A stretch of 64,000 nucleotides of DNA, from positions 248,001 through 312,000 of the forward strand of contig JASANG010001276.1 in NCBI GenBank assembly GCA_030248215.1, written 5' to 3'. The DNA is from Enoplolaimus lenunculus. Taxonomy: Eukaryota. The notes under the pieces are model-generated. The model did no database searches, was not told where the DNA came from, and worked only from the letters and a program-made list of their open reading frames with translations. A program made the translations under genes and the position numbers. Numbering within the stretch: the first letter of the stretch is position 1; every line of letters starts with the position of its first letter. Positions 1 through 13,400 of this stretch are shown here, piece by piece.

Positions 1-816
1 CTGATCTTAAATGTAAATAAAAACACACAATTTGGCAGGGTTCCGTCGGAATTCCGATTCCGGCTAAAATTCCGTCAAAATTTGACTTCCGATTCTGATT
101 CCGGCTGACTGCTGTTCCGATGCCGGAATTGTGTGATTTTTCGGTTATGAGTTTTTAAGATGATTGAACTTAGATGTTGCTTGTTTCGTTTTGTTTCGTT
201 CATTTGCAATTATTGTGTTGGTTTTTTCTTAGTAGATATTCCGAGTTGTTACGTGTATTCCGTCAGCTATATTAAAATTTTTTGCTGAAACAGTGAACAG
301 TAACGGAAACAGGCATACTGCAGCAAAAGTTAAGTCATACACTTTTAACTTTTTAATAGAATTACTAAAACTTAATTCCGATTCCGATTCCAATTCCGGT
401 TAAGACAGAAAAACTTTAATCCGATTCCGATTCAGACAAAATCTAGTTCCGGTTGCAACCCTGGCGTCAACCAGTGTATCGATTCAAATCAGTTTGCATT
501 GCAGTAGTTGTTTGGATTTCTCTAAACTACACGGCGATAACGCTTGGGTGGAATAAATGGCGTTAGCAACAAATATATGTATTTATTTTTTATATATATT
601 TACAGGTCAAGATTGATTGGTACATGTAATATATATTTAAACCTTCCGTATAAATCAACCTTGAAGAAACTTTACGCGAGACACAAACGCGAACAAAAGG
701 CCCGGCAGGTTCATCTTTGAACATTTAAAAGCTGGATTTGTATTCGCAAGCAGACTCAGCGTCAGATAATTTTTCTTGAAGAAATGTCACATTCGTCTGT
801 AGGACGAAACGCCTTT

Positions 817-1215
817 TCCAAACGTCAATCAGGAAATCAGGCAAACTGTCAATCAGGAGGAAATCTAGCAAACGTCAAACAGGAAATCTGGCAAACGTCA
901 ATCATGAAATCTGGCAAACGTCAATCAGGAAATGTGGCAAACGTCAATCAGGAAATCTGGCAAACGTCAATCAGGAAATCTGGCAAACGTCAATCATAAA
1001 TTCTGGTAAACGTCAATCAGGAAATCTGGCAAACGTCAATCAGGAAATGAGGCAAACTGTCAATCAGGAAATCTGGCAAACGTCAATCAGGAAATCTGGT
1101 AAACGTCAATCAGGAAATCTGGCAAACGTCAATCAGGAAATCTGGCAAACGTCAATCAGGAAATCTGCCAAACCTCAATCAGGAAATCTGCCAAACCTCA
1201 ATCAGGAAATCTGGT
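817..1215 (+). repeat. 23-bp minisatellite (AAACGTCAATCAGGAAATCTGGC)n, ~17 units, intronic
   Basis: Tandem units read directly; explains ORFs 784-999 and 1047-1325 with their 23-aa periodicity. Confidence 0.95.
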
Positions 1216-1462
1216 GTAATTGTTTTTGTTTACAAATACGAACATGGTTTTTCAAAAAACAGTATTTAATTTTGTTCACAACAAATATACCTTTCAAACA
1301 AGTAAACCCAGCCTTACTCTGCTGACAATATTTTTCAGAAAATAAATTAATTGTGGGTGTGTAGAACTAAGCGTTGCAAAAATATGACAATACAGTAGTA
1401 ATTCATGTAACGGCAACTATATGTGATACAAAACATTCAGTTCACTAAACTCATAAACTTAC

Positions 1463-4400
1463 GCTGGGCATCGATCTATAGGTGTCACTTCTCCACTGCT
1501 TCCTAAGACCGGCGTCAGAATGGGCTGACCTGCAAAAGGTAGTCATAGTTTCATGTGGAATATTGAAGCCCATCTGGCCAGATCAAACACCTCATAAAAC
1601 TTTTGCTATTGCTATGTTAAAAATACATAACATCGCTAAATTCTATATAATTGTACACCTTATTATACAGATTTTGATGCTTAACTATTGTTTAAAATAT
1701 GTGGTTGAAGCCAAACTAGCAGCAGCAAATGGACACACGAGAGCGGAAGCTTAAAATGTTACCGGCTTGAAATATTGGCCACGTTTTTGAATCGGAACAC
1801 TAAAACATACAACGTGGTAGTTTATGCCTTACCAGGGTTTCGTCGATTCGTTATTGCTGCATCGCATATTTTCGTCCAAACTTGGGGTTCGTTAAACTCA
1901 GCATTGAAGTTCAGTCCAGTATCTTGTTGAAATTTTCGTTTAGTTGCTGGTGATACTACAGGACTTACGAGTTCAGTATCCTTCGATGGCGCTGCTAACG
2001 ATGACTCGTGTGTCTTTACGCCAAGTTTTTGACGAAGACGTTTCTATAATCAACCATTCACTGATATTTTTCAATTAGTTTGCTACTCTCTAGGCGACTT
2101 ACAAGCGTAAGTTGAACTTTCTGCATCCTGTTCGCTTGAGTAATATTTTGCTTGAAAAAAGCTAAAATAATTCATTTGATACCATTTAAGTCCTATTCAC
2201 ACGTGCAACTTTTTGCAGCGAGAACATGCAGCTGCAACTTGCACTTGCAAGTTTTGTCCAAAACCCCGTTCGAAAAACTTGCAGCTGCAAATAATTCGTT
2301 AAAGTCATAGCTTAGTCCACATGTGTGAATAATCATGCAAGTTCACTGAATTTATTGCATCTACTTTCTTATTTTCTGATGAAAAAATGTAAGTTCTGCG
2401 TGCAATTTGCAGCTGCAAGTTCTCGCAGCAAAAACTTGCACTTGTGAATAGGACTCTAGTGAATATTTTAGTACAACTTAAATGTTACAACTGAGCAGAA
2501 TGTTTAGTTTCTAAATCAACGTTGGCGTTCGTGATGGAAATGTCTAAATATGAAAACACATTTCAAGCTTTAGGTTGACAATAGACCTGCAAAGGCACGA
2601 ATAGCCTTGACCAATAAGGAATGCTAATCAATTGAAACATAGTTTTAATTAAGGTACTAACGGGGTTCATTACATATATACTTGGTATGTACCCTGTGGC
2701 GCTATTCAGTCTGATCAGTTTGCTGCAATTATTTTGAGGTAATTTAGTAATACATTTATCCCGACTCTATGAAAATAAAATTGGTGAAATTGGCAAATTT
2801 TGTTGTCAGAAGATTTGGCTCATGTAAAGATCAGGTGCGGAACGTTTTTCTGTAAGACTAGAATGGAGTAAGCTTAAGGTTTAGACTAACTTTTTTGGTT
2901 GGCTTAGGCTTTGGCTTATGCTTAGACTTAGGCTTAGGAATATGCTCATTCTTACGGTAAGACTTAGTCTTTGGCTTAGGCTTATGAATAAGCTTATAAT
3001 ACTGTTCCGCCCTTGTTCTTTACATTGGCCGAAGATTTGAATCGTTACGTTTGGTAAAAAATTAGAAACCGTGAGACCAAACCTTAAAGCTGGCGAAGGT
3101 GTGAAATCTGTACAGCTAAGCGTTAAATGAAAAGTTCACTATCCTATTTATAGATTTCAACGAGGTGAGTTCAGCGGTACCACAGCTCTAAAACTGTTAC
3201 CGTTGAACACTCAGCGAGTTGAAATCTATAAAATAAACTACGTTTCATTAAATTCCTAGAGAGTCAACATTCCGTAATATTCCTTCACCCTTTATAAGCG
3301 TACTTTTTTCTCTGCTTTATATTCTTCCATCTGAGTGTCATATGCCGCCTCGCGTGATTCACGAGACATTGCATGCAGCATTCTGAGCTCATGTAATTCT
3401 TGTGCCATATCCGCTTCCCAACGATTTCTGTCTTGCTCTTGATCAACAGAAGTTCTAAAAAGCAAAAATGCATTGGCTTGGCATACATTTTTGTACATAA
3501 ATAAGATATAAAAATATTGAATATCATTTTTAATTACTTACTTTAAAGCCCTATTTACACGTGCAACTTTTTGCAGCAAAAACATGCACGTGCAAGTTGT
3601 ATGTGAAATGTTTGGTCCAAAAGCAGCTTTGAAGTTTTTGCAGCTGCAAATTTTATTCACTGAAATTCATGGTATTCAATTCAATTCGCACCTGTGAACG
3701 CAGTTACAAGTCGCTTGAATTTGTTGGACCTGAAGTTTGATTGGTCAATCGGAATGTTTCTCTGATAATACTGGCTACAGCAAGTATTTTGTGCAAGTTG
3801 CAGCTGCGAGTTCTCGCTGCAAAAACTTGCACATGTGAATGGGGCTTAAGCGATTTGGTAATTGATGGGATTTATTTTTCTAAATGATACTGAACAAAGG
3901 CGCAGCCAGGATTTTATCCCAGAAGCAACTGCCCTCATATAAAATTTTTTGACAGCGACCATTGCCGAGAAAATTTCGTTTCGACCTAATAGATTCTTGC
4001 TCAAAGCAATAGCACGCAAATTAAGTAAGTATTAACTATTTTTCACATGAATATTTTCTATTTCCCCTGAGACCTACTTTTATGCTAGGATTCGAACTCC
4101 AGTGACTGGAGTGGGAGGCGTATACCATCACCACTCAGCTATAGGAGCTTGACGCTCGAGCCCGAGGGGGCTCTCACGTCTTGTGGTGATTTAGTATTAT
4201 GTATGTGTTGCAATTGTTAAACACGGTGCGATATATATTATTTACCGTATATACACTGCGCTGAGTTGCCTATGGGCAACTCAATGTGAGAAGGGGTATA
4301 GATAGTAAACTGAAAATATTTCGCTAAAGATAGTAAACTGAAAATTTTTCGCTTAACCTTTAGGGGGTAATTAAATATAAAAATAATTTTTTAACTTAGC

Positions 4401-7400
4401 TTGCATACTGTAGTGATCCAAATAAGAGGGGGAACTGATATCTTGCCTCTCCAACAGGGATCCACCACTGCTATTCGGTTACGAACTGTTGTTTATTTTT
4501 AACCCTCCCTCCGCCGCAATTCGTTATTCATTTGTATCGGTATTGCAACAACCCGTTGAATAAACATTTATTTGTCTTGTACAAAAAGCTTGAGCAATAA
4601 CACAAGGTTATATTTAGGAATTACTTTCAAAATCTAAGTACGCTTTAAAGTTTCGAACTCAATTATATTTTGTTCTGGAATCAATTATGCACTACAATTA
4701 CAGATAATTGGCCATTATGGCATCAAATTAGGGTTTAGGGGCTCTATCCGATAACGGACTCTTACTAGGGATACGTACTTCTATTGATTGGGACTGAAAT
4801 TAAGGACCCCTCCTTATTACTCCCTCTTATTCGGGTCACTACAGTACTCTTTAATGAACAGCTGTATTGAAGTCGTTGAGTAGCCAAGAGTTCGTCGCAA
4901 TTCTTTAATGTTGTTCCACGTTTTCACCATCTGATTCAAAAGACGAACGTCCATCATTTCTTCATTGTTACGTTGACGACGTAGTTCCCTGAAAATAAAT
5001 GCAATGGAAAAGTTTTCAAATAAAACTCTAATCTCTGTACATTTCTGTCAAACAAACATCGGCCCATGTAAAGATCAGGGGCTGAACGTTTTTCTGTGGG
5101 ACTACAATAGAGTAAGCATAAGCTATAGACTAATTTTTTGTGCTTGGCTTAGGCTTAGGCTTAGGCTTATCGAATTTGCTCATTCTTACGCTTACGCTGA
5201 GGCTTAGGCTTAGGCTTAGGAATATTCTTATAATACTGTTCCGACCCTGTTGTGTACATTGGCCCAAACAGCTAAACATACGTGCCTATAAAGATAACAT
5301 ATAACGTAATTCTAGCGGTACCTTACAGAGCCTTTGACGAAAATGTTGCAGCGGATGCGGTGGCGCTGGAACCCACGACGTACGGATTACAGGTCCGCTG
5401 GACCACGGTTGGACGTCAAGTCGAATATTAAATACGAGTCAAACTGTCCTTGAGCGAAAAATGTTTAAAATTCAACAACCTAGGCTTTCACGATTTGTGA
5501 AACTGATGTTTGTCAAATAGATCAAAACACTGGTTTGTCAAAAAATTGTCAGATGGCTTGCATAAGCATATTGTATTATTTTGGGCAACGGGTAATTATT
5601 TGGACTTTTCCATTCAGGTGGTCCCTGAACGCCCCCAGCAATTTCAAGGGACCATAATGGGATGGGATACCGCCCCTTCATGCTAGGATGTAAGAATGTC
5701 ACCTAAAATAGTTCATTTGAAATTGTTTAGCTGTTCCAATAATGAACTAATTGGTGTGAAGGTTTGTTTGATGGATGATAGCCTACTAAACCTGAATACG
5801 TCCCTTGGACAGTAGTACATATCCTGAGAATACAACGGAAAAAAATTTTTATGGGGGCCTCACTTTTCTTCAGTTTACCGCCTAATCTTTCAATTTTCTG
5901 ACCTAAGCCGGCACAAACTTTTAGGTGTTTGAATTTTCCACTTTTGCCGTTTAGTTACACTTCAAATTTTCAAACCCGAACGAAAAGACCCTAAGCGTTT
6001 CAATTTTCTACTATTCCCGTTTTCCAAACAAAACCTACGCTTGTGGTTTTTATTTTACCAAACCAGGTAAAAACGAGCATATCAAACACAAGTGTCTGTG
6101 CTGTACTCCTGGCCATAGTATTACCACCTTGAAAAACGTAAGCCCCTGTTCTATACATGGATCAGATTTAGTACTTAAAAATATACATGACCAAAGGGTG
6201 TAACCACGATTTTAAACAGGGGGTACGTTCTACAAAAATTTCGCAGGGGGCGTTTTGCGTTTATTCCTCTTGATAAAAGTTACAACGTGGTTTGTCCGCT
6301 TAACCCCTGGCTACGCCCGTTTCGCCTTACCTAATATCTTCAAGCATATCCAAAACTTGTTGACTGTCCATTTGTGTTGATTTTAGTTGTTTTAGTGATT
6401 GTTGCTGAGCTTCTAACTGTAATATTAATAGGCATGATTGATATTATTGTGGTCTACCGAAGCGGTTTTAATTTTATTGACAGGTGATTTGTTAATAACT
6501 ATGGCCCATGTAAAGATCAAGGGCGGAACGTTTTTCTGTGGGACTGCAATAGAGTAAGCTTACGCTTTATTTCTTTTGCTTGGCTTAGGCTTAGGCATAG
6601 GTTTAGGAATATGCTTGTAATACTGTTCCGCCCATATTGTTTACATTGGTCATAACTATAAACGTGAAAGTTGAAATATATCGATAATCACTTTAAGATG
6701 TCTAGCGTAGGTACCAGCTCATCAACAGCTTAAACGGGGCGGAACAGTAATATAAGCATATTCCAAGGCATAAGCCTAAAGCCAAAGCAAAAAACTAAAA
6801 AAGAGCATATTCCTGAGCATAAACTTAAGCCAAAGCCTAAGCCAAGCAAACAAATTAGTCTAAAGCTTAAGCATACGCTTTTCTAGTCCCACAGAAAAAC
6901 GTTCCGCCCCAGATTTTTACATGGGCCGACAAAATGAAAGCCCCATTTGTATCGCATCTAACAACATTGTATGGCACGCCTAAAAGTTTTAAGCCTTTTC
7001 TAGCAGAATGAGCTGGCTACGGCGTTGATACAATCTTAATTATTACCTTAAACTGATAGTTTTCAGCCATATTTTCTTGTTGCCGCTGTAGATAACTGCG
7101 ATACTGAAGCATAAGTCTCATCGCAAGAACGTGTTCTTTGCTGAACAACGGATGATGAACAAACAGCATTTTCGATATATCCAAATCAAGCTGATATATT
7201 CCGTTGTCTGCCCCGCCTGTACGTTGAGTTCGCATTGTTGCCTAAAAACAATTCAATAAAAATATACAAAAACAACCGCAGCAAATCTTACACACGTTTC
7301 AACCCCCAGAGAAAATCTTTGGCCCCCTGTACAAAGTGTTAACCCAGTCTTCATCTTGTTATTTCAACCGCAGTGCCCCCGTTGTAAAAATGTTTTTTCT

Positions 7401-10400
7401 CCCTCCCCCCGTCGCAGGTTGAGTTGATAAGCGTTTGATACAATTAATACAAAGCTGTTAGTGTTCTGCAGAGGTTACTCACTATGAGCCACGCAGAAGT
7501 TTGTTGGAAGAAATTTACTGAAGACATTTGAGTGACCTGCTAGCCATTTTTGGGCCCATGTATAGAACAGGGTCGGATCGTTTTCCGGACGGGCTATAAT
7601 AGAGTCAGTTTAAGCTTTACACTAATTTTTTTGCTTACACTTAGGCTTATGCTTAGGCTTAGGCTTTGGAATATGCTTATACTACTGTTCCGGCCTTGTT
7701 CTATACATGGGCCCATTTTTGGAACATAGGAGGGCTCTGATAGCACTGCGTGACAACTTTTTGACCCTGCCAGGTACCAAGAATAAATTGATGTACAGTT
7801 CAAAATGAATGTTCAGCGGTTAAGAGAAACATACGTTCACATATCGAACCGGATCGACTATAGATTGTGTTTCGTGTTCGTCGAAAATATTTGCATCTTC
7901 TCTTCTACACGGAAACCCGGTTATTGATGGCGGAATGTAAATTATTTTGCCATCGTCTCCGAACCATTTGGCCTGTAACAAAAAAAGCCGGCGAAAACTT
8001 TTTATTCAGTGCTGGACAAGCAATGGAACCGATGGACCCATGTTCTGAGCCATCATATGCACTTTCTGCAAATTACAATTTTTATAATATCACTCGCAAC
8101 GAAATACATTCATGATTATCAATACGCCATTACTTTATCATGTGGTTTCCGGGCTCTCATTAGCTTTCGACCCCATTTCCTTTAAACGATTTAGAGTCAA
8201 TGTTTAACTCGACGATTTATAGCAAATATTTAAACGTGTAGTGACACTAGTCGAAGTGGTAATACTGGGAGACGGGACACTATTACATGGGGGGACACTT
8301 TGAGACTGAGACACTGAAAGCCTGGGACTCAGGTGGATTGGGATACTGGGAGAGTGGAAGATAGGAAAATTACCAATTGGTAGGCTCGCATAATTAACAT
8401 GTGCCGAAAACGGCATAATAAACAAACAAACTGAGAAAAATCTGACACAATTACAGATTGTTTTCAACAGTTATATGTACAAACTAATTGAACTATTTGA
8501 CTCAACATACCGAGTTAGGCTCGTTTAATATTCGGTGTTCCATAGTATTAACACGCAAATCTGACATTTCTGTTCGCGGACCAACGTACAGGCCTTCTTC
8601 AGCCAATCGCCGTGGATCATTATGAGACGGAATTTTGGCTTCAATTGGCACTAAAACAATCAAAATACACTGCAAAAAATGGTGGGTCAAATTGACTCTC
8701 TCCGAAATAGACTTTTCGGGACTACACTAATTGAGTAAAAATTCAACTTCACAAGAGTAAAATTCGACTCACTGAATCGCACGTTTGACTCAGGCGGAGC
8801 GCGAATTTGACTCAGTTTGTGTAGTCTCAAAGAGCCTATTTCACAGAGAGTCAATTTGAGTCACCATTTTTTTGCAGTATACAACACATCCAGTATAAAA
8901 TATTTTAGGTTTTAAGCAATAAAATAAAGGTGTTTCAAAAATTATCATTGTGGCAACAGTTCAAGGCTTAACGATATGTTTTCTAAAATAATCGGACAAA
9001 TTAAATGGCACAAAAGCTCAGAACTTCTGAATGATAAAATAATTTACATGAAAATACAAATTTGGTCTCTATGACCACAAGCATTCAAGATGTTCAGTTC
9101 ATATAAAAAGCTAAAAATCATACTCAGATCTTCCTGGTAGATTGCAGCCGTGCAAGCACTGCAATCATTTGGCCAATACGAACGGAGGGATACGCGCACT
9201 CAACGAACTCCCCCTGCATTCGCCTCTGACTTAAGCATTAATCTTAAAATAACTACCTTCAGCAAACGAGGGTATAAAGTATAGCTGATTCTCTCGATTG
9301 AGTTGTGGCCGATATGGTAACGTCACTGCGTTACTTTTGACAACCAAATCCCACTCGTCGTCTTCTGGGGTGAGTTCGCCGCTTACTTCAATCTCTTGTC
9401 GCGTTGCTGCAAACAAAGAAGCATTCCGTTAAACGTAACCTAAGTTTCTGCAATATTTGCACCGATCGGTAACATCTTAAAACTTATGTAATGCAAACAG
9501 TATCACAATGTTTCAAGATACTGGCTGGGTTTCTGAAATCTCACTTAAGGACTTACTTAAGTTATACTTAAGTAATTGCTTAAGTCGCCGATTTAAGTAA
9601 ATACTTAAAGTTTCGAGCAAAAACAAATAAACGCCAAATGTCAGCGATTGTCATAACAAGAAAGTAATAATTTTGCTTTATATTGAGGAGGAACCAATAT
9701 TCTACAAATTTAATTTGACCAACGTTAGTATGCCTGAAAGGTAAATTTGTTTAATTACCTTTTACGCTACGGCTTAAGCTTTAGTCTATTATCTATAGGA
9801 ACAGGCTTAGCCTACTGTTGCGCCGTTAAAAGTATCTAACATTGGCTGGGAAGAACTATATACATGCTCGTAGCCAGCTCACCTTGCAAGGGGGGTACTA
9901 AAAATTTTCAGGAGAGCCATTCAAGGGTTTTCAATGAGTTACAAGCAAGGTGGAAAAGTTTCTAGGAGGGGGCCCCCAAAATTTTACAAGGGGGCTGAGC
10001 CCCCCCCCCCCATTGGCTACACGCCCGAAGAACTATCAATACTGTGTTCGAGTACCATGTAATTTCTATAACATATATATTTGGTCGTCCGAAAGTCGAA
10101 ACTGTTCAAAATTTTTCAAATAAAATTACAAAAACCACGACTTAATCACACATTTTTGTTTAAGACAAAGTCGCGCCCATAGCCAAAGTGGGCCAGGGCG
10201 GCACAGCTCTCGCCCTTGGAAATATTTTGCCTCCGTTGGAAATTTTTGCTGAAAAAAATTAACATCGTCAACAAGTTGAGCTGGCTTCGGGCTTGGAATA
10301 AACGCTTGAATAGTGTATAAACATACACTGGTCTAAGGCTTCGACTGCGGCTTCTACGTCTTCTATTGGAGGAATCTGGAAAACAAAACACTACGTCAAA

Positions 10401-13400
10401 CACAGCAGAGCGCAAAATAACAACCTTGTGTAAAACTGGTGTAAATTTATTCGCTGTGCCAATTTCATGTTTGCTTTGTGTCGTCTGCAAACATGCAAAC
10501 CAGCAGCATAGACTCAAATATTTTCGCCAATTGAACACTTTTTAAATCAAGTACCTTTTTCTCTCGGCATCTATTTCAGAATATTCCCAAATTTTTGAAA
10601 CCGTTAATATCCGATAGAGGCTAACATTTGTTACGTTGTTTACAATACTTTTATTGTGAATTTAAAATACTTTTTAATGTTAGTATAAAAATTTGAGCTT
10701 ATTTGGCCAATGTTACTTTAAGGGGTGTAATGTTGCTTTAAGCGGCGTAACCGTAGATTACGCGTATTCCTAAGCCTAAGCCTAAGCCTAAGCGTTGCAA
10801 AAATTAATCCCTAAGCCTAAGCGTAATCATAATCCTAAGCCTAAGCAAAAACATGGAATCTAGAATCTTAACCTACTGTTTTGTAGACCCACCAGAAACC
10901 TGGACGCCCTTTAAAGTAAAATGGTCCGCTTATTTTATCACAGAGAATGTATATTTCTGGCAAAATGGAAATACCCTAACCCATCGATAGTTTCCCGTAT
11001 TGTTACTATTCGTTTCTGCTATGCCATTTCAGCTTTGTCTCTGCAGAACTTTGGTTTGGCTGGCTATGAAGCTTGATTTCAATAATCCGAAATCTCAAAA
11101 CAGTTGCAATTTTATTTGAAGTAAATGCCACAAAAATTGATCGGCCTAAGCTGCAGGAAAAATACAGATGCCACATAGAAATTTGATAAAATTTAAGTAA
11201 CCTTTAGTTTCAATCCGTTGTCTTTCAATATTGGTCGTGCATTCCAGCTTTACGTAACACTTAACAGTAATTTTGAAGTCTCTGTCTAAATAGCACTATT
11301 TCTAGCACGAGCTATCCTGTCTTTATGTCCCTTTTAGAGGCTGCTTGTTTACAGTAATGAGATATTGACGTTAGCAATACTCTGTTATCTTCGGTCTAAA
11401 ATTAAATTAACTAAGCAGTGATTTGTATTTGTTAAGTAATCGTGTCAATAAAAGTTATGCAAAAGCGCAAGAGCTGACGTTCAATTGAAAGAATAAAACA
11501 CCATCATGTTCCACAAACCTGGCTTGCACAGTTAAACCTGGGCATTGCTCTACTAAATCTGACTTGTAAGGAAACTTCGGAATTTTACCGAAACAATGCT
11601 GGCCCATGTTACTTTAAGGGTCGTCCAGGTTTCTGATGAGTCTATAAAAGAGTACGTTTAGATTCTAGATTACATTTTTAGCTTAGGCTTAGGAATTCAT
11701 TTTTGCAACGCTTAGGCTTAGGCTTAGGAATTCATTTTTGCAACGCTTAGGCTTAGGCTTTGGAATTCATTTTTGCAACGCTTAGGCTTAGGCTTTGGAA
11801 TTCATTTTTGCAACGCTTAGGCTTAAGCTTTGGAATACGCTTAATCTAAGTACTGTTACGTCTCTTAAAGTACCACTGGCCACAATGGTCAAGAGGAGAC
11901 CGTGCGATAATTTTGAAAATTGATCATACTCGTTGAACAGGTTTCATGCCGCGTTTGCGTCGACGAAAATTGTAAATGTCCCTGGCGTTTTGTACTTTAA
12001 TTCCAAACCGTTCACCGCCAGTGAAAAAGTCGAATTGATGACGATGCGACGGTAGCAAATCAGCCTGAAAAATGAAAAACATTTTTGCGTTTTATGTTTT
12101 ATCTGTGAATCGCTCGTTTGCGCTAACAGAATGTATTTTAAATTACGAAATTTTTATATGTTGTGAAATTTAAGGGAATGCTCAAGTATATACAATTCCC
12201 CCCCCCCAGTTTTCGATGTTTTAAAATTTTGGCGCAGGCCAGTAGCCAGCTCACCACCTTGCTAGAGGGGACTAAAAAATTTTCAGGAGTAGCATAAAAG
12301 GGTTTTTTAACGACTTACAAGCAAGATTGAAAATTTTCTACAGGCCAAAATTTTTTCAGAAGCGAGGGCTGAGCACACCTGGATTCCCGTGGATACGGGG
12401 CCGCTTTGGCGTAACTTTGGCTTTTACGTCTAGTTTAAGGTTTATGCCTCTCGAATGACGAACTGTAAAAGCACTGAAGATAACCTAGCATTTGTAATAT
12501 AGCACTCCTGGCAAACACAAATAGACTACTTAATAAAAACAACGATATTGCATATAAAATTTTGTCATATCAGAACAATCGTTAAGCTTGTTGCAGTACG
12601 CAAGTGGTCGAAGTCAAATTAGTTAGCAATCCAAATCGGTGTTCTAACTACTTCGCGAGCCTTATTGTGTGTCAGAATTTTCTTGTATGCGAAGTTTAAA
12701 AGCGTTTTAAGCCCTGCATTGCACACGTCACCATTGAGTGATGGATTTTGCTTGTTTCAATCAATAAATCAAGTATTATCAACTGCCGTTTTTGTTGCAA
12801 AAATGTGTGTTAACCGTTGATGCAGTTTCGTGTTTGAAGCCCTATACCGAACTGATTATTTGAGGCATACTCAATCGAAACCGCTGTTTTCATAAAACAC
12901 ACATTACCTATGCTCATGCTAACCCAGTAAGAACGAATAATTCGTTTCGACTACAGTGTATATGCAACTGGATGAATTCAGTGGAGAAAAGAATGTACTC
13001 AACACGCGTTGCGTTTTGTTCTACGTACTCCATTATAGGATTACTGTAGTGAAACGAATAAAGAGGTGGGTAATAAGAGGGGAGGAATCCCCATTTTAAG
13101 TCCCAATAAATAGGAGTTCGTATCCCTAATAAGAGTCCGTAAGCCGATAGAATCCCTAAACCCTAATGAGAGTCTATAAACGTCAATTATCCTTTATTGT
13201 ATCGCATGAATCCAGGAGCAGAGCAAATAAAGTTGAGTTTGAGCTTTAAAGCATACTTCAGTTTTGAAAGTACATTACTAAGTATCACCTTGCATAATCT
13301 CTCAAAGGCAAATAAACGTATAATTTACCAGATACTTGCAATGCTGTATATATCACTAAACGAAGAGCGGCGGATGGACGGATACAATAAATAACAGTTC

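Noticed and set aside
784..1325. Repetitive ORFs, and a CRISPR-like look of the 23-bp repeats
   Set aside because: Head-to-tail minisatellite with no unique spacers, in a eukaryotic intron; the ORFs are by-products.
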